Source: an uncultured virus (IMG/VR IMGVR_UViG_3300021400_004213)
Lineage: Duplodnaviria > Heunggongvirae > Uroviricota > Caudoviricetes
IMG/VR virus record: IMGVR_UViG_3300021400_004213
DNA length: 64,000 nucleotides
Reading direction: 5' to 3' (one strand)
Positions within the stretch are counted from its first letter, which is position 1. Each line of letters starts with the position of its first letter. A program made the translations under genes and the position numbers. The notes under the pieces are model-generated. The model made no database searches and was not told the origin of the DNA. It worked only from the letters and a program-made list of their open reading frames with translations. Shown piece by piece: positions 52,505 through 62,465 of this stretch.

Positions 52505-52729
52505 ATGAGAGACACCAAAATTCACCCACGATGGTCAAAACACAAAATTGACGAAACATATGATCACATGAAGCCGTACTTCAAAGAAGATACAAAGCTT
52601 CATACCATGTGTGCTGGATGTCCACATTTCAAAGGATCCGACCATAGCTACGCAGACTGCAAAGGAAAAATGTGTTTCACATTCTACCTTGCATATGAAT
52701 ATCTTGAATGGTCAAGTTCCTATGACTAA
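52505..52729 (+). CDS. Small Cys/His-rich protein
   Basis: CAGC..H..C..C pattern; RBS. Confidence 0.6.
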   Translation: MRDTKIHPRWSKHKIDETYDHMKPYFKEDTKLHTMCAGCPHFKGSDHSYADCKGKMCFTFYLAYEYLEWSSSYD

Positions 52730-52767
52730 TTCCTCAAAATAAAACCTCACGAAAGGAGACAAGTCCT

Positions 52768-52926
52768 ATGGACAAAGAAAAATTAATGGATTTAAAAGAA
52801 CTTCTCGACGAACTTATCGGCGAGAACGAACCTTCTGACGAAGATTTAGATTTCGATGATGATGCCATCGAAATGTATGCTGCAATGCATAATCTTCGAG
52901 AAGCCATGGAAGAATGTGGTTTCTAA
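52768..52926 (+). CDS. Small acidic protein (52 aa; not in ORF track)
   Basis: AAGGAG RBS; MDKEKLMDLKELLDEL...ECGF. Confidence 0.65.
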   Translation: MDKEKLMDLKELLDELIGENEPSDEDLDFDDDAIEMYAAMHNLREAMEECGF

Positions 52927-53349
52927 ATGAAAACCCAAACAATATTAGGTCACAAACCAAAAGTACCAAATAAATATGGACTTATTGGAAGTGACATAAA
53001 CCATATGGTACTTCTTGACCGAACCAATGTTGGAAAACCAACATTTTGGCGAAACAACGTCATCAACGCATGGTGCATCAGCGCTTCCTCAGGAAACGAC
53101 CTTGCTGGTGATGAATTTTGGCTCGGTATCTACGATGAACCATATCATCAAAAATTGGTCAGAGCGTATTTCACGTCATATGGCGGAATGTGTGGCTATG
53201 ATTTTTCAAAATTCTACGAACCATCTGAGATTGAAAATCTCGATGATCTACACATTCAAGAAAAAGCGCTCAAAGTTCTCAATGAACTTATCGACAAAGG
53301 CATTATTGAAATCCACAGACCAAGTGGGAAGAGGATAGTAGCAAAATAA
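52927..53349 (+). CDS. Hypothetical protein
   Basis: Abuts the upstream stop; 140 aa. Confidence 0.7.
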   Translation: MKTQTILGHKPKVPNKYGLIGSDINHMVLLDRTNVGKPTFWRNNVINAWCISASSGNDLAGDEFWLGIYDEPYHQKLVRAYFTSYGGMCGYDFSKFYEPSEIENLDDLHIQEKALKVLNELIDKGIIEIHRPSGKRIVAK

Positions 53350-53440
53350 CATCTTTGCGGAAAATCCATATTAAACGAAAAGATATAGACAAATGCCTTC
53401 ACTTATGGTATAATACCGCCATAAATGGAGGTTTTTGTTT

Positions 53441-54466
53441 ATGAGTAATCGAAATCAAACAGATTTATACTTTTCGGACAAAGTACGAATGATGTTGGAA
53501 AAACAACCAAACATTATTCGCAAATACATGCGTTCCATTCATAATATAACATCTCCACGGACACAATACGAGTATCTTAAAGACATACTTCGGTATATCA
53601 CGTGGATATCTCCCAGCGAACCTATCACAACATCCCTTCTGGATGCACAGACAAAAACTGATATCGAAGACTATCTCGAATATCTCGAACACTACGTCGA
53701 TGAGAACGGAAAAGAACATACAAACGACAGAACGAGCCTCAAGCGCAAACTCTCGGCATTACGTCGTTTCTTTGCATGGCTCTTCGAATCAGATCTTATC
53801 GCCTCTGACGAATCACGAAAAGTCAGTCTTCCAAAGACACACAAAAAGGAAATTGTTCGTATGAATACGAACGAAACCAATAATTTCCTCAACAGCATTG
53901 AAGCAGGATCTGCTATGTCTAAACGAGAACAAGATTATCATAAACTACAATCTGTTCGTGACACAGCCATCGCCTACCTCATGCTTTCCACAGGAATTCG
54001 TGTGTCAGAATGTGCTGAACTTGACGTAAAAGATATTGACATGACAGAATCATGCATTCATATTGTTCGTAAAGGCGGAAATGAATCCACAGTGTATTTT
54101 TCCGACGAAGCATCCGCATACCTTCAAGCATGGCTTGAGCAACGAGCCAACTTGAAAGGATTAAGTGACGAGGAAACTGCCCTTTTCCTATCCTCCAGGA
54201 AAAAGCGTATGTCCGTTCGCACCATTGAAACTATGATTACCAAATACGCTCTTCGAAGCGTACCATCAAAACACATTACGCCGCATAAGTTGCGCAGTAC
54301 ATTTGCTACGCAATTGTATCAGGCAACAGGCGATATTTATCTAGTTGCTGAAACGCTCGGTCATAAAGACATTACGACCACCAAAGAGCATTACGCTCAA
54401 TTGGACGACCAGCGCAAAAAAGATAATAGAAACAAGGTTCAACTACGTGAGCCTTGGCATAAATAA
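53441..54466 (+). CDS. Tyrosine recombinase (XerC/XerS-like)
   Basis: R (GIRVSE), K (RKGG), HKLR, LGH and Y catalytic residues. Promoter TAGACA-17-TATAAT at 53386-53414. Confidence 0.92.
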   Translation: MSNRNQTDLYFSDKVRMMLEKQPNIIRKYMRSIHNITSPRTQYEYLKDILRYITWISPSEPITTSLLDAQTKTDIEDYLEYLEHYVDENGKEHTNDRTSLKRKLSALRRFFAWLFESDLIASDESRKVSLPKTHKKEIVRMNTNETNNFLNSIEAGSAMSKREQDYHKLQSVRDTAIAYLMLSTGIRVSECAELDVKDIDMTESCIHIVRKGGNESTVYFSDEASAYLQAWLEQRANLKGLSDEETALFLSSRKKRMSVRTIETMITKYALRSVPSKHITPHKLRSTFATQLYQATGDIYLVAETLGHKDITTTKEHYAQLDDQRKKDNRNKVQLREPWHK

Positions 54467-54496
54467 AATTCTTCAGAACCCAAGGAGGAACATAAT

Positions 54497-55126
54497 TTGA
54501 TTACGCGAAAAGACAATCCAAACGCAGAGCAATATGACAAACATTTGCTCACATTCCGCGATGTATCAGAAGACATTGAAAAACTTGCTGATGACTATCG
54601 CACACAAATGTTACTCGGCGTTGCAATTGCAGCAGTCGGGTTAATCCTATTCGTTATTCTATTCGGCTTAGTCATTGCATCAGGCTTCATGAGATGGTTC
54701 TTTATCATCCTTGGTCTTGCTGTAACAGCATTTGGCGGACTTCATGCTTACAAGATGAAGAGTTTCGTGGATTTAATAACCACCACAGCCAAAAACGCAA
54801 GTAACGGAAATTTCACCATTTCTGAAGACAGAATCGTCAAGAAATGGGCATATAACGAAAAAATTGGCTTAAACACACGACTTACGTACTGTGTAAGAAC
54901 CATCACACAGAATCAACCAGTCGATATACCTGCGGTTGTATATCAACACGCTATTCCTGGCGATGTAATTTATCTCGTTCACACTCCATCCATCGAAGGC
55001 ATTCTCTACGCTTACTTAGGTAAGTCAACAGACCTTGATAAGGACCTTATAGAACGCACAGTCAAATACGATACACGGAATGATGAAGCATTGAGTCGTG
55101 AAATTGCCAAAGAACAACAAACATAA
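54497..55126 (+). CDS. Two-TM membrane protein
   Basis: AAGGAGG RBS, TTG start, terminator at about 55138-55175. Confidence 0.7.
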   Translation: MITRKDNPNAEQYDKHLLTFRDVSEDIEKLADDYRTQMLLGVAIAAVGLILFVILFGLVIASGFMRWFFIILGLAVTAFGGLHAYKMKSFVDLITTTAKNASNGNFTISEDRIVKKWAYNEKIGLNTRLTYCVRTITQNQPVDIPAVVYQHAIPGDVIYLVHTPSIEGILYAYLGKSTDLDKDLIERTVKYDTRNDEALSREIAKEQQT

Positions 55127-55284
55127 CATCACTAAAAGAGACGTCGGGTCCAAATATGACTCGGCGTCTTTTTTCATACACACATAAAACAAACTAAAAC
55201 AAATACAACAATACACTTTACGGGAGGTTAAAAGACGGTACAACCTATTTTGCAACCACCCGCATAAGAAAGGACGATAACTCT

Positions 55285-55485
55285 ATGTTCAACGAAATTA
55301 ACCTCATTATCACCTATCATTCAGAACCTGAGGAAAAACCATTTTATACTGTCAAACAGACATTTCCCGATACAGAATCAGTCATATCACAAAGTACCTT
55401 TTCCGATAACGTCGACGAGCTAAAACGCCTCGTCAATGACATTATCGATACTAATTTCAAAGAAAGGATCGAAGACAACACATGA
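55285..55485 (+). CDS. Hypothetical protein
   Basis: RBS; overlaps the next gene. Confidence 0.6.
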   Translation: MFNEINLIITYHSEPEEKPFYTVKQTFPDTESVISQSTFSDNVDELKRLVNDIIDTNFKERIEDNT

Positions 55486-55958
55486 AAATCGCATTCTTCG
55501 ATATGGACGGTACCATCGCCGCACCGAGATATCTTGACAAAGGGAAACCTGTCATTGGCTTTGATGCACAAGGATGGATTAACTTCTGTAATGAAATACA
55601 GCCTGACGCCTATGCTATCTGTGAAGTTATCCAGCCTGTCGTAGACTTCGCTAAACAACTCAAAGAAAAAGGATATATCCTTTATATCCTTACCATGTCA
55701 TTATCAGAGGCCGAAGAAATCTCCAAAAGAAATTTCGTTCGACAGATGAAACTGGATACCATATTCAATGATATCCTGTTCACACCAGACGATGACGCAA
55801 AACTCATCGTCATGGCATCTTGTGCAAACAAATACCATATTCCAAAGGAATTTTGTATGCTTGTCGAAGATACCTACTCTACCCTACTCAAAGCTCACGA
55901 AGCAGGCTTTCAGGCAGTCCATATCAGTAACATCCTAACGGACACCATCACCTGTTAA
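55482..55958 (+). CDS. HAD-superfamily hydrolase
   Basis: 'FFDMDGTI' motif I, ILT, K and 'LVEDT' motifs. Confidence 0.85.
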   Translation: MKIAFFDMDGTIAAPRYLDKGKPVIGFDAQGWINFCNEIQPDAYAICEVIQPVVDFAKQLKEKGYILYILTMSLSEAEEISKRNFVRQMKLDTIFNDILFTPDDDAKLIVMASCANKYHIPKEFCMLVEDTYSTLLKAHEAGFQAVHISNILTDTITC

Positions 55959-55978
55959 CATCACGAAAGGAGATACTC

Positions 55979-56371
55979 ATGATCGAACCAAAAAAGCTCA
56001 CAAAAAAAGAAAAAGATCGCAACAAAAAACTCATGGAAGAAATCATTCGATATCTTTGTAAACATGACTTATTCTACGATATCTTTCTCTACACCAACGG
56101 ACGTAAATATTCATCCGAAGAGAATCCCAATGCCATTGAATGTATTGCATACGGTTATAAATATTATGACTATGGTGAATGGGATGTAATCAAACAGATT
56201 GAATACAATAACCCCAACACCATAACAATGACATTCGAAGGACCTCTTTACGACGCTTATAACGGATATGTATCCCATCCGCACGCCGAAGAGGATATTC
56301 AGAAAATCGCCGACAAATACGGCCTCTATCCTGAACAGGGTTATGCCTGGTCACTTGCATTCTACGAATAA
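55979..56371 (+). CDS. Phage-type hypothetical protein
   Basis: RBS; 'MTFEGPLY...KYGLY.EQG.AWSL' pattern. Confidence 0.7.
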   Translation: MIEPKKLTKKEKDRNKKLMEEIIRYLCKHDLFYDIFLYTNGRKYSSEENPNAIECIAYGYKYYDYGEWDVIKQIEYNNPNTITMTFEGPLYDAYNGYVSHPHAEEDIQKIADKYGLYPEQGYAWSLAFYE

Positions 56372-56385
56372 AGGAGTATACAGAC

Positions 56386-56556
56386 ATGAATTCATTCAAC
56401 ATTTACTTCAGCGACCTCAATGAGGACGCACAGAAACGACTTCTCGATTTTGTCGGTGCCAAATCAGCAAAAGACATGAATTGGGACATGGATATTCTTC
56501 CGATTGCCATCTTCGATGTCGAACAGGAAGTGGACGAAACGGATTCTGAAGAATGA
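56386..56556 (+). CDS. Small acidic protein (56 aa; not in ORF track)
   Basis: AAGGAG RBS; MNSFNIYFSDLNEDAQKRLL... Confidence 0.65.
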   Translation: MNSFNIYFSDLNEDAQKRLLDFVGAKSAKDMNWDMDILPIAIFDVEQEVDETDSEE

Positions 56557-56771
56557 AAAAACGCTTCGGAATATTGCATCCGAAGCGCCGTTTCTCACAC
56601 TTATGAAAGAGACAGAAAAGAAGAAAACCATGAACGAAAACGAATCACACCCGCATGTATCTTCGCCTTCTATCAATACTATATCACAGCTGATTTGAAA
56701 AATCAAGAGAAAAAATTCCAAATCATCTCAAAAATCAATATTTTTTCGAGACCATAACGAAAGGAGCGTCT

Positions 56772-57623
56772 ATGTCAGAATACAAAACCCTCCATTTCTC
56801 AATCGAAGGTGACTTTATCACCAACCTAGCACGCGAAAAGTTGTATTACAACAACGATCTTTTCGGTGCTGTCCAGCTATTACTTTCCTGCCTCGTTACC
56901 GATGAATTAACAGAATGTGCTCGTATTGGACTTGCTGTCAAAATTCTTGACGGCAAGATGAAAATCACAGGAACATATCCAAACGAAGATTATCGTATCA
57001 CCGAAGATACAAACGATAATCCAAAGCATACACTAAAATATTGGCTTGAAAATATCACATCTCGTCTAAAAGATGCAGAAACATCTCGTGACCGTCTTGT
57101 TCGTCAGATGAACTTCCTCCAAGACAACATGAAACGATCTGACCGCCAATATTATAATCGTCTATGGCAAGACGAAATCGATGAAGATTCACAAATCTTC
57201 ATGATCGAACCATTACCAACAACACATCTTTTCAAAGCGATGGGAATTGACGACGAAGACCCTGTCGCCAGTTTTACGGAACGATTCATGTCCAACTCAA
57301 CAGACGATTATGGATGGTTGGATAGAAACGGTGATTTTCACCCTGTAGACTGGGGAGAACACCAAAACTTCGCCTATCAATGGCTCAAAGAACACGACGA
57401 ACTCCCCGAAGATGAGTTCGGAGAACGCCTATTTCATGGAAATGAAGGCGACATTCTCATTCAAAAAGGCTGGATTCTATTACATAACCCAGCACTTGGT
57501 GTTGCTACACCAACCTATGAACCGTCGGTACATATCACTCGTAAACAAAAGGACTTCCTATTTGACTACTATACACAACGCAATCGTCCTGACCTTGCAT
57601 TCAAATACTTTGAACTATCCTAA
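56772..57623 (+). CDS. Phage-type hypothetical protein
   Basis: RBS; 'GWLDRNGDF...WGEH...KGWILLH' segment. Confidence 0.75.
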   Translation: MSEYKTLHFSIEGDFITNLAREKLYYNNDLFGAVQLLLSCLVTDELTECARIGLAVKILDGKMKITGTYPNEDYRITEDTNDNPKHTLKYWLENITSRLKDAETSRDRLVRQMNFLQDNMKRSDRQYYNRLWQDEIDEDSQIFMIEPLPTTHLFKAMGIDDEDPVASFTERFMSNSTDDYGWLDRNGDFHPVDWGEHQNFAYQWLKEHDELPEDEFGERLFHGNEGDILIQKGWILLHNPALGVATPTYEPSVHITRKQKDFLFDYYTQRNRPDLAFKYFELS

Positions 57624-57637
57624 AGGAGATCAAACCT

Positions 57638-57844
57638 ATGAAAACTGTAACCTTCGGTATGATTTGGCAGGTCTACGGAAAACAGACCATCGAAGTTCCT
57701 GACGATCTCGATACAACGAACGAAGAAAACGTTCGGGATTATCTCAGAGACAACTGGGCTGACATTCCGCTGCCTACCGACAGCGATTACGTCGCAGAAT
57801 CCGACGAATTGGACGAACTCGTCCCTATTGAAGTCAGCAACTAA
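57638..57844 (+). CDS. Small acidic protein
   Basis: AAGGAG RBS. Confidence 0.7.
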   Translation: MKTVTFGMIWQVYGKQTIEVPDDLDTTNEENVRDYLRDNWADIPLPTDSDYVAESDELDELVPIEVSN

Positions 57845-57870
57845 AAACATAAAACAGAAAGGAGTTCATT

Positions 57871-58056
57871 ATGAACGGACTCAACGCACGTATTTGGATC
57901 AACAATGATGACATCTATGAAGCTGTCAGTCTTCTCGATGAAAACTTCATCGACAACGACATTGACGACGGCGATCGCATCATGGTGTCCGAAGACGACC
58001 TTGACGAAGCGGTCACAATCCTTGAAGACGCAGGATTTGATGTGGACGTCATCTGA
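57871..58056 (+). CDS. Small extremely acidic protein
   Basis: AAGGAG RBS; 19 D/E versus 2 basic residues in 61 aa. Confidence 0.7.
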   Translation: MNGLNARIWINNDDIYEAVSLLDENFIDNDIDDGDRIMVSEDDLDEAVTILEDAGFDVDVI

Positions 58057-58076
58057 CGAAAGGACCTCAAATTCAC

Positions 58077-58349
58077 ATGAACGAAAAATTACCAGATAAC
58101 ATTGCCTACACGATTGAAACTCGTGATCTTAACGGCAAAAGAGAAACACATGCATTCGAATCAAGAGAAAAATTCTATGAATGGGCACTCGACGTAGACC
58201 AGAACAAGTATGGTCCTGCCTATGAAATCGAAATCCTCTTGATTACATGTGCAATTCCCGTAAACGGAACCTATGAACAGAGCATACTCTTCTGCTCTCT
58301 TGTCCATCCAGCACTATACTGGAGCGAACTTGTCGCATATCTTGCATAA
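58077..58349 (+). CDS. Hypothetical protein
   Basis: RBS. Confidence 0.6.
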   Translation: MNEKLPDNIAYTIETRDLNGKRETHAFESREKFYEWALDVDQNKYGPAYEIEILLITCAIPVNGTYEQSILFCSLVHPALYWSELVAYLA

Positions 58350-58369
58350 CACTGAAAGGAGATATATCA

Positions 58370-58951
58370 ATGCCACTCATTCCTAATGTAATTCAGAGAA
58401 CCACAAACGGAGAACGTGCCTATGACCTCATGTCACGCCTTCTTCAGGATCGCATTATCATGCTCACCGAAGAAGTGACTGATGCCTCTGCATCCGTCAT
58501 TTGTGCCGAACTCCTCTATCTTGAGTCTATCGACCCCACCAAGGATATCCAGCTGTATATCAACAGTCCTGGCGGATCTGTAACAGCAGGTCTTGCCATC
58601 TATGACACAATGAACTTCGTTAAATGTGACGTGAGTACAATCTGTATGGGTATGGCTGCGAGCATGGGGGCTTTCCTTCTTTCCTCAGGCACGAAAGGAA
58701 AGCGTTTCTGCTTGCCCAATGCCGAAGTCATGATTCACCAGCCTCTTGGCGGCGCTCAGGGACAGGCAACGGACATTCAGATCCATGCTGAACACATCCT
58801 TCGTACCAAAAAGAGACTCACCCAGATTCTCGCAAATAACGCAGGTTGCGACTACGAGAAGATGGCTGCTGCGTGCGAACGTGACAACTTCCTGACGGCT
58901 GAAGAAGCCCTCGATTTCGGTCTCATCGACCAGATTGTCACCACAAAGTAA
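58370..58951 (+). CDS. clpP: ATP-dependent Clp protease proteolytic subunit
   Basis: 'YINSPGGSV', 'AASMGA' (Ser), 'MIHQP' (His) and 'ERD' (Asp) motifs. Confidence 0.96.
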   Translation: MPLIPNVIQRTTNGERAYDLMSRLLQDRIIMLTEEVTDASASVICAELLYLESIDPTKDIQLYINSPGGSVTAGLAIYDTMNFVKCDVSTICMGMAASMGAFLLSSGTKGKRFCLPNAEVMIHQPLGGAQGQATDIQIHAEHILRTKKRLTQILANNAGCDYEKMAAACERDNFLTAEEALDFGLIDQIVTTK

Positions 58952-59026
58952 AAACACGCAATGATGGGGGTACTACAACACGCAGTGCTCCCACTTTTTA
59001 TTTCAATAAAAAGGAGTAATGAAATT

Positions 59027-59359
59027 ATGATTGCGACCACCCGTCAGACCGACAAACTTCGATATATCTACCTTGGTCGAACAGTACACGATAAATACGT
59101 GTATCTCGAATCTGACTTAGCGCCTAATCAGATTATTAATCGCACACAACGAAAAATCCTTACAGAGAAATCCTTCATACCCGACCCAACAGATTGGGGC
59201 GGCTGCGATGACCTCAAACGCGTCTGCAAACTCATGTCAATCATACCACGAGATCATCTTCCACTTACCGAAAACCTCACATTTTACGGTACAGATTATG
59301 ACCATGGTCATGAATACAACTGGTCTATCGAAGTCAATATGATTGTCACAGTACAATGA
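59027..59359 (+). CDS. Hypothetical protein
   Basis: AAGGAG RBS before MIATT. Confidence 0.55.
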   Translation: MIATTRQTDKLRYIYLGRTVHDKYVYLESDLAPNQIINRTQRKILTEKSFIPDPTDWGGCDDLKRVCKLMSIIPRDHLPLTENLTFYGTDYDHGHEYNWSIEVNMIVTVQ

Positions 59360-59431
59360 TTTCACCAATTGCGTAATACTCCCAGCCATGTTATCATATA
59401 AATACGAAAACATCAGCAAAGGAGAATAGCT

Positions 59432-59806
59432 ATGAGTCTAAACTGGATACACACATCGGTTTATGCGCCTAAGCCAATTCTCGAAGAATTGCACACCGCA
59501 CTTAAACCGCACGTCCACAAAGCGGACGATTTGAGCATCAACATCGATAAAGAAGGTAAACCATATCTCTTTACCGACACATGGGAAGAAGATGCTCTGA
59601 ATAAGAATCTCGAAGATATTTCCAAGAAACATCCTACAGAAAATATCGGCATCCGATACATGAGTTCTTCTCCTGATACATACCATGAAATCAAGACTCA
59701 TTATCTCAACGGACAAGAGACCGTTGATAGCGACAAAGTCGACCGAATCTTAGATCTTGAAGAAGATATGAATAAATATATGGATCCCGAATCCACACTC
59801 GGCTAA
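59432..59806 (+). CDS. Hypothetical protein
   Basis: Promoter-like TTGCGT...TATCAT, RBS and terminator. Confidence 0.65.
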   Translation: MSLNWIHTSVYAPKPILEELHTALKPHVHKADDLSINIDKEGKPYLFTDTWEEDALNKNLEDISKKHPTENIGIRYMSSSPDTYHEIKTHYLNGQETVDSDKVDRILDLEEDMNKYMDPESTLG

Positions 59807-59890
59807 AGCCACATTCATATCATCTAACCAACAAAAAAAGCGACAGAGTTTTTACACTCTGTCGCTTTTCATATAGACATTAGAAAGGAG

Positions 59891-60850
59891 ATGTTTTTCA
59901 TTAATATGACCACACAAGATATTATACAGTATCTCAACCAAAAATGCAAGTTAATTCTTGCAGGATATGGCGGTTCTCACGCCTATGGCACAAACATTCC
60001 GACCTCCGATATTGATATCCGAGGTATCTACATCAACCCTGAAGATGAAATCCTTGGAATGAAAGCCGACTCAGAACAAATTACCATTCCTAACGAAGAT
60101 GTAGTGATTTACAGCATTCGAAAAATGTTCAATCTACTCTCCAAATGTAACCCAAATGTGATCGAGATCCTCGGCCTTCGTCCAGAAGACTATCTCTTCT
60201 TATCCGACGAAGGACAACTCATTCTCGACAACAAAGAAATCTTCCTTTCCAAGCAAGCTATCTTTACATTTGGTAGTTACGCAAAAGCGCAACTTAATAG
60301 ACTGATGAACAAATCAGGTCGAGCCAAAGAAGCTGTAACAGAGAACGAAACACGCTCTCTTCAAAAAGTCATCACCCACATCAAACAGCAAGAATCACTA
60401 CAAAACATAAGGGTAGAATTTATTAACGAGACACCAACCCTGTACATTAACGAAACCATGCCAATAGAACAATTCTATCGTGTATCTCAAGAATTGCTTA
60501 ATGTACACTCAGACTACAGAAGATCCGTGAGAAATGACAAAGCCACTGACCACGGCAAACTGCCGAAACATATGATGCATCTTATCAGACTCTATATGAT
60601 GGGCAGTGACATACTTGATAAACATGAAATCATCACGTATCGTTCCGAAGAACACGACCTTCTGATGGACATTCGTAATGGAAAGTACATGTGTAATGAT
60701 GGTATTACACCATCACCAGAATTTGAGAAGTTGATTCAAGAATATACTATCAAATTCGAAAACGCTGCTCTTCATTCTACCCTTCCTGACAAACCGAACA
60801 TGCAGGCCATCAACAACCTACTCATTCGTATTTTACGAAAATACTACTAA
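59891..60850 (+). CDS. Pol-beta-superfamily nucleotidyltransferase (phage YcgL/RlaP-like)
   Basis: 'GGSHAYGTN..SDIDIRG', 'NPN.IE.L' and 'K..MHLIRL' motifs. Confidence 0.85.
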   Translation: MFFINMTTQDIIQYLNQKCKLILAGYGGSHAYGTNIPTSDIDIRGIYINPEDEILGMKADSEQITIPNEDVVIYSIRKMFNLLSKCNPNVIEILGLRPEDYLFLSDEGQLILDNKEIFLSKQAIFTFGSYAKAQLNRLMNKSGRAKEAVTENETRSLQKVITHIKQQESLQNIRVEFINETPTLYINETMPIEQFYRVSQELLNVHSDYRRSVRNDKATDHGKLPKHMMHLIRLYMMGSDILDKHEIITYRSEEHDLLMDIRNGKYMCNDGITPSPEFEKLIQEYTIKFENAALHSTLPDKPNMQAINNLLIRILRKYY

Positions 60851-60870
60851 AACAAAAAAAGGAGAACAAA

Positions 60871-61647
60871 ATGAACTTCAAAGATTTCGATACGCAAATG
60901 AGAGCCTTTGAGCAGTCATTAGACCAATGCATTCCTGACGGAACCTACATGGTCGCGCGTCTCGATGGACACGGCTTTTCCAAATTCACCAAAAAGATCG
61001 ACTATAAAAAGCCATTCGACATTGAGTTCCACAATCTCATGTCACACGTCTTACAGACGCTTATGCGCCAATCGAATCTTCAAATTATCTACGGCTATAC
61101 ACAATCGGACGAAATTTCACTCTTATTCGCACCGAACGAACAAGCCTTTAGCCGAAAGACCCGTAAGTACAATTCGTTACTTGCTGGTCTTGCCAGCGCA
61201 GCGGCATCGACGTATCTCAACCAGATCGTTACATTCGACTGCCGCATCATTCCTCTTCCTGATGTAAATCGTGTACACGATTACTTCATCTGGCGCCGTC
61301 TCGACGCCTATCGAAATGCAATCAACGGATATTGCTACTGGACATCTCGCCAAGAAGACAAAATGTCCGCTCGCCAAGCTACATCACTTCTCAAAGAGAA
61401 GGATATCGCCTGGAAATACCAGTTTCTTGCAGACCACGACATTGACATCAACACCATTCCATCTTGGCAGAAGTTTGGTATTGGCATGAAATTTCATACC
61501 GTCACCAAGGAAGCATACAACCCCATTACAAACGAAACAGGAACCTGTTTGCGTAGAGAACTGGAAACCATTGGCATCCTGCCATCTAATCCAGACTACC
61601 GTCAGATGCTTTCTGACATTCTCCGAGATGCACAGAAGTCAAAGTAA
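60871..61647 (+). CDS. Thg1-like 3'-5' nucleotidyltransferase (TLP)
   Basis: 'VARLDGHGFSKFT', 'KPFD', 'YTQSDEISL', 'FDCR' and 'WR..D..RN' motifs. Confidence 0.92.
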   Translation: MNFKDFDTQMRAFEQSLDQCIPDGTYMVARLDGHGFSKFTKKIDYKKPFDIEFHNLMSHVLQTLMRQSNLQIIYGYTQSDEISLLFAPNEQAFSRKTRKYNSLLAGLASAAASTYLNQIVTFDCRIIPLPDVNRVHDYFIWRRLDAYRNAINGYCYWTSRQEDKMSARQATSLLKEKDIAWKYQFLADHDIDINTIPSWQKFGIGMKFHTVTKEAYNPITNETGTCLRRELETIGILPSNPDYRQMLSDILRDAQKSK

Positions 61648-61805
61648 ATCAATGAGGGGATGGACAAGTCCTATCCCCTCATTCTACAAAATTTTCTATG
61701 CAGAAAATTGCTTCTTTCGTTGACTTTACAACACATATATGGTAAAGTATACTCATATATGAATGTTTTACACTATGCCACTTGTGATCAAAGGAGATAA
61801 ACAAT

Positions 61806-62207
61806 ATGAAATTCTATCCATGCCTCGTTATCACCAAAGAGGAATTGTACAATGCGGGGTGTCCCACCATTGAATTCAAGAACGGTCGGTTAACCGACCC
61901 ATCCATTGAACCCGTCATTGAAGACTACTGCCGTATGCCTGTCGTTAGTGTTCGTGAATCCACTCGTGACGAAAATGAAATCTTCGTTTTTGCAGCAGAC
62001 GGCTACATTCAGAAAAATCCTATGACAGGTAAGCGCTCTGTCGTTCTGATCGGCGCATACGACCCGCTCAAGGTTGTCTTAACAGACATTTTCGAAGAAC
62101 ATCCCGACAGAGATCCTTACGAAGTCTTCTGCTCCTATTCGTATCAGACAGACATTAACATCCAGTTAGATCTTCAGCACTGGGTTCGTGACGAATATAA
62201 GAAATAA
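61806..62207 (+). CDS. Hypothetical protein
   Basis: TTGACT...TAAAGT/TATACT promoter region; RBS. Confidence 0.65.
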   Translation: MKFYPCLVITKEELYNAGCPTIEFKNGRLTDPSIEPVIEDYCRMPVVSVRESTRDENEIFVFAADGYIQKNPMTGKRSVVLIGAYDPLKVVLTDIFEEHPDRDPYEVFCSYSYQTDINIQLDLQHWVRDEYKK

Positions 62208-62275
62208 TCCATAGCCGTATGGCTCCCAAAAAGGAACATACGGCCTATTGCCGTATAATCAAGAAAGGAGCCACT

Positions 62276-62440
62276 ATGGAAATTAAAGTGAATGACGACA
62301 CATATCGTGTCATTTCTACCAAGCCCATATCAAACACTGATATTGACAAGATCAAAGATGCTATTCTCTTACGAGAAGCGCAGAAAACGCAGAAACCAAA
62401 GACTTCGTCTAAAAAGTTCTGCGTAATCATCAAGAAATAA
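62276..62440 (+). CDS. Small basic protein
   Basis: AAGGAG RBS before MEIKVN. Confidence 0.55.
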   Translation: MEIKVNDDTYRVISTKPISNTDIDKIKDAILLREAQKTQKPKTSSKKFCVIIKK

Positions 62441-62465
62441 AGAACAGAAATGGAGTTTAGATACA

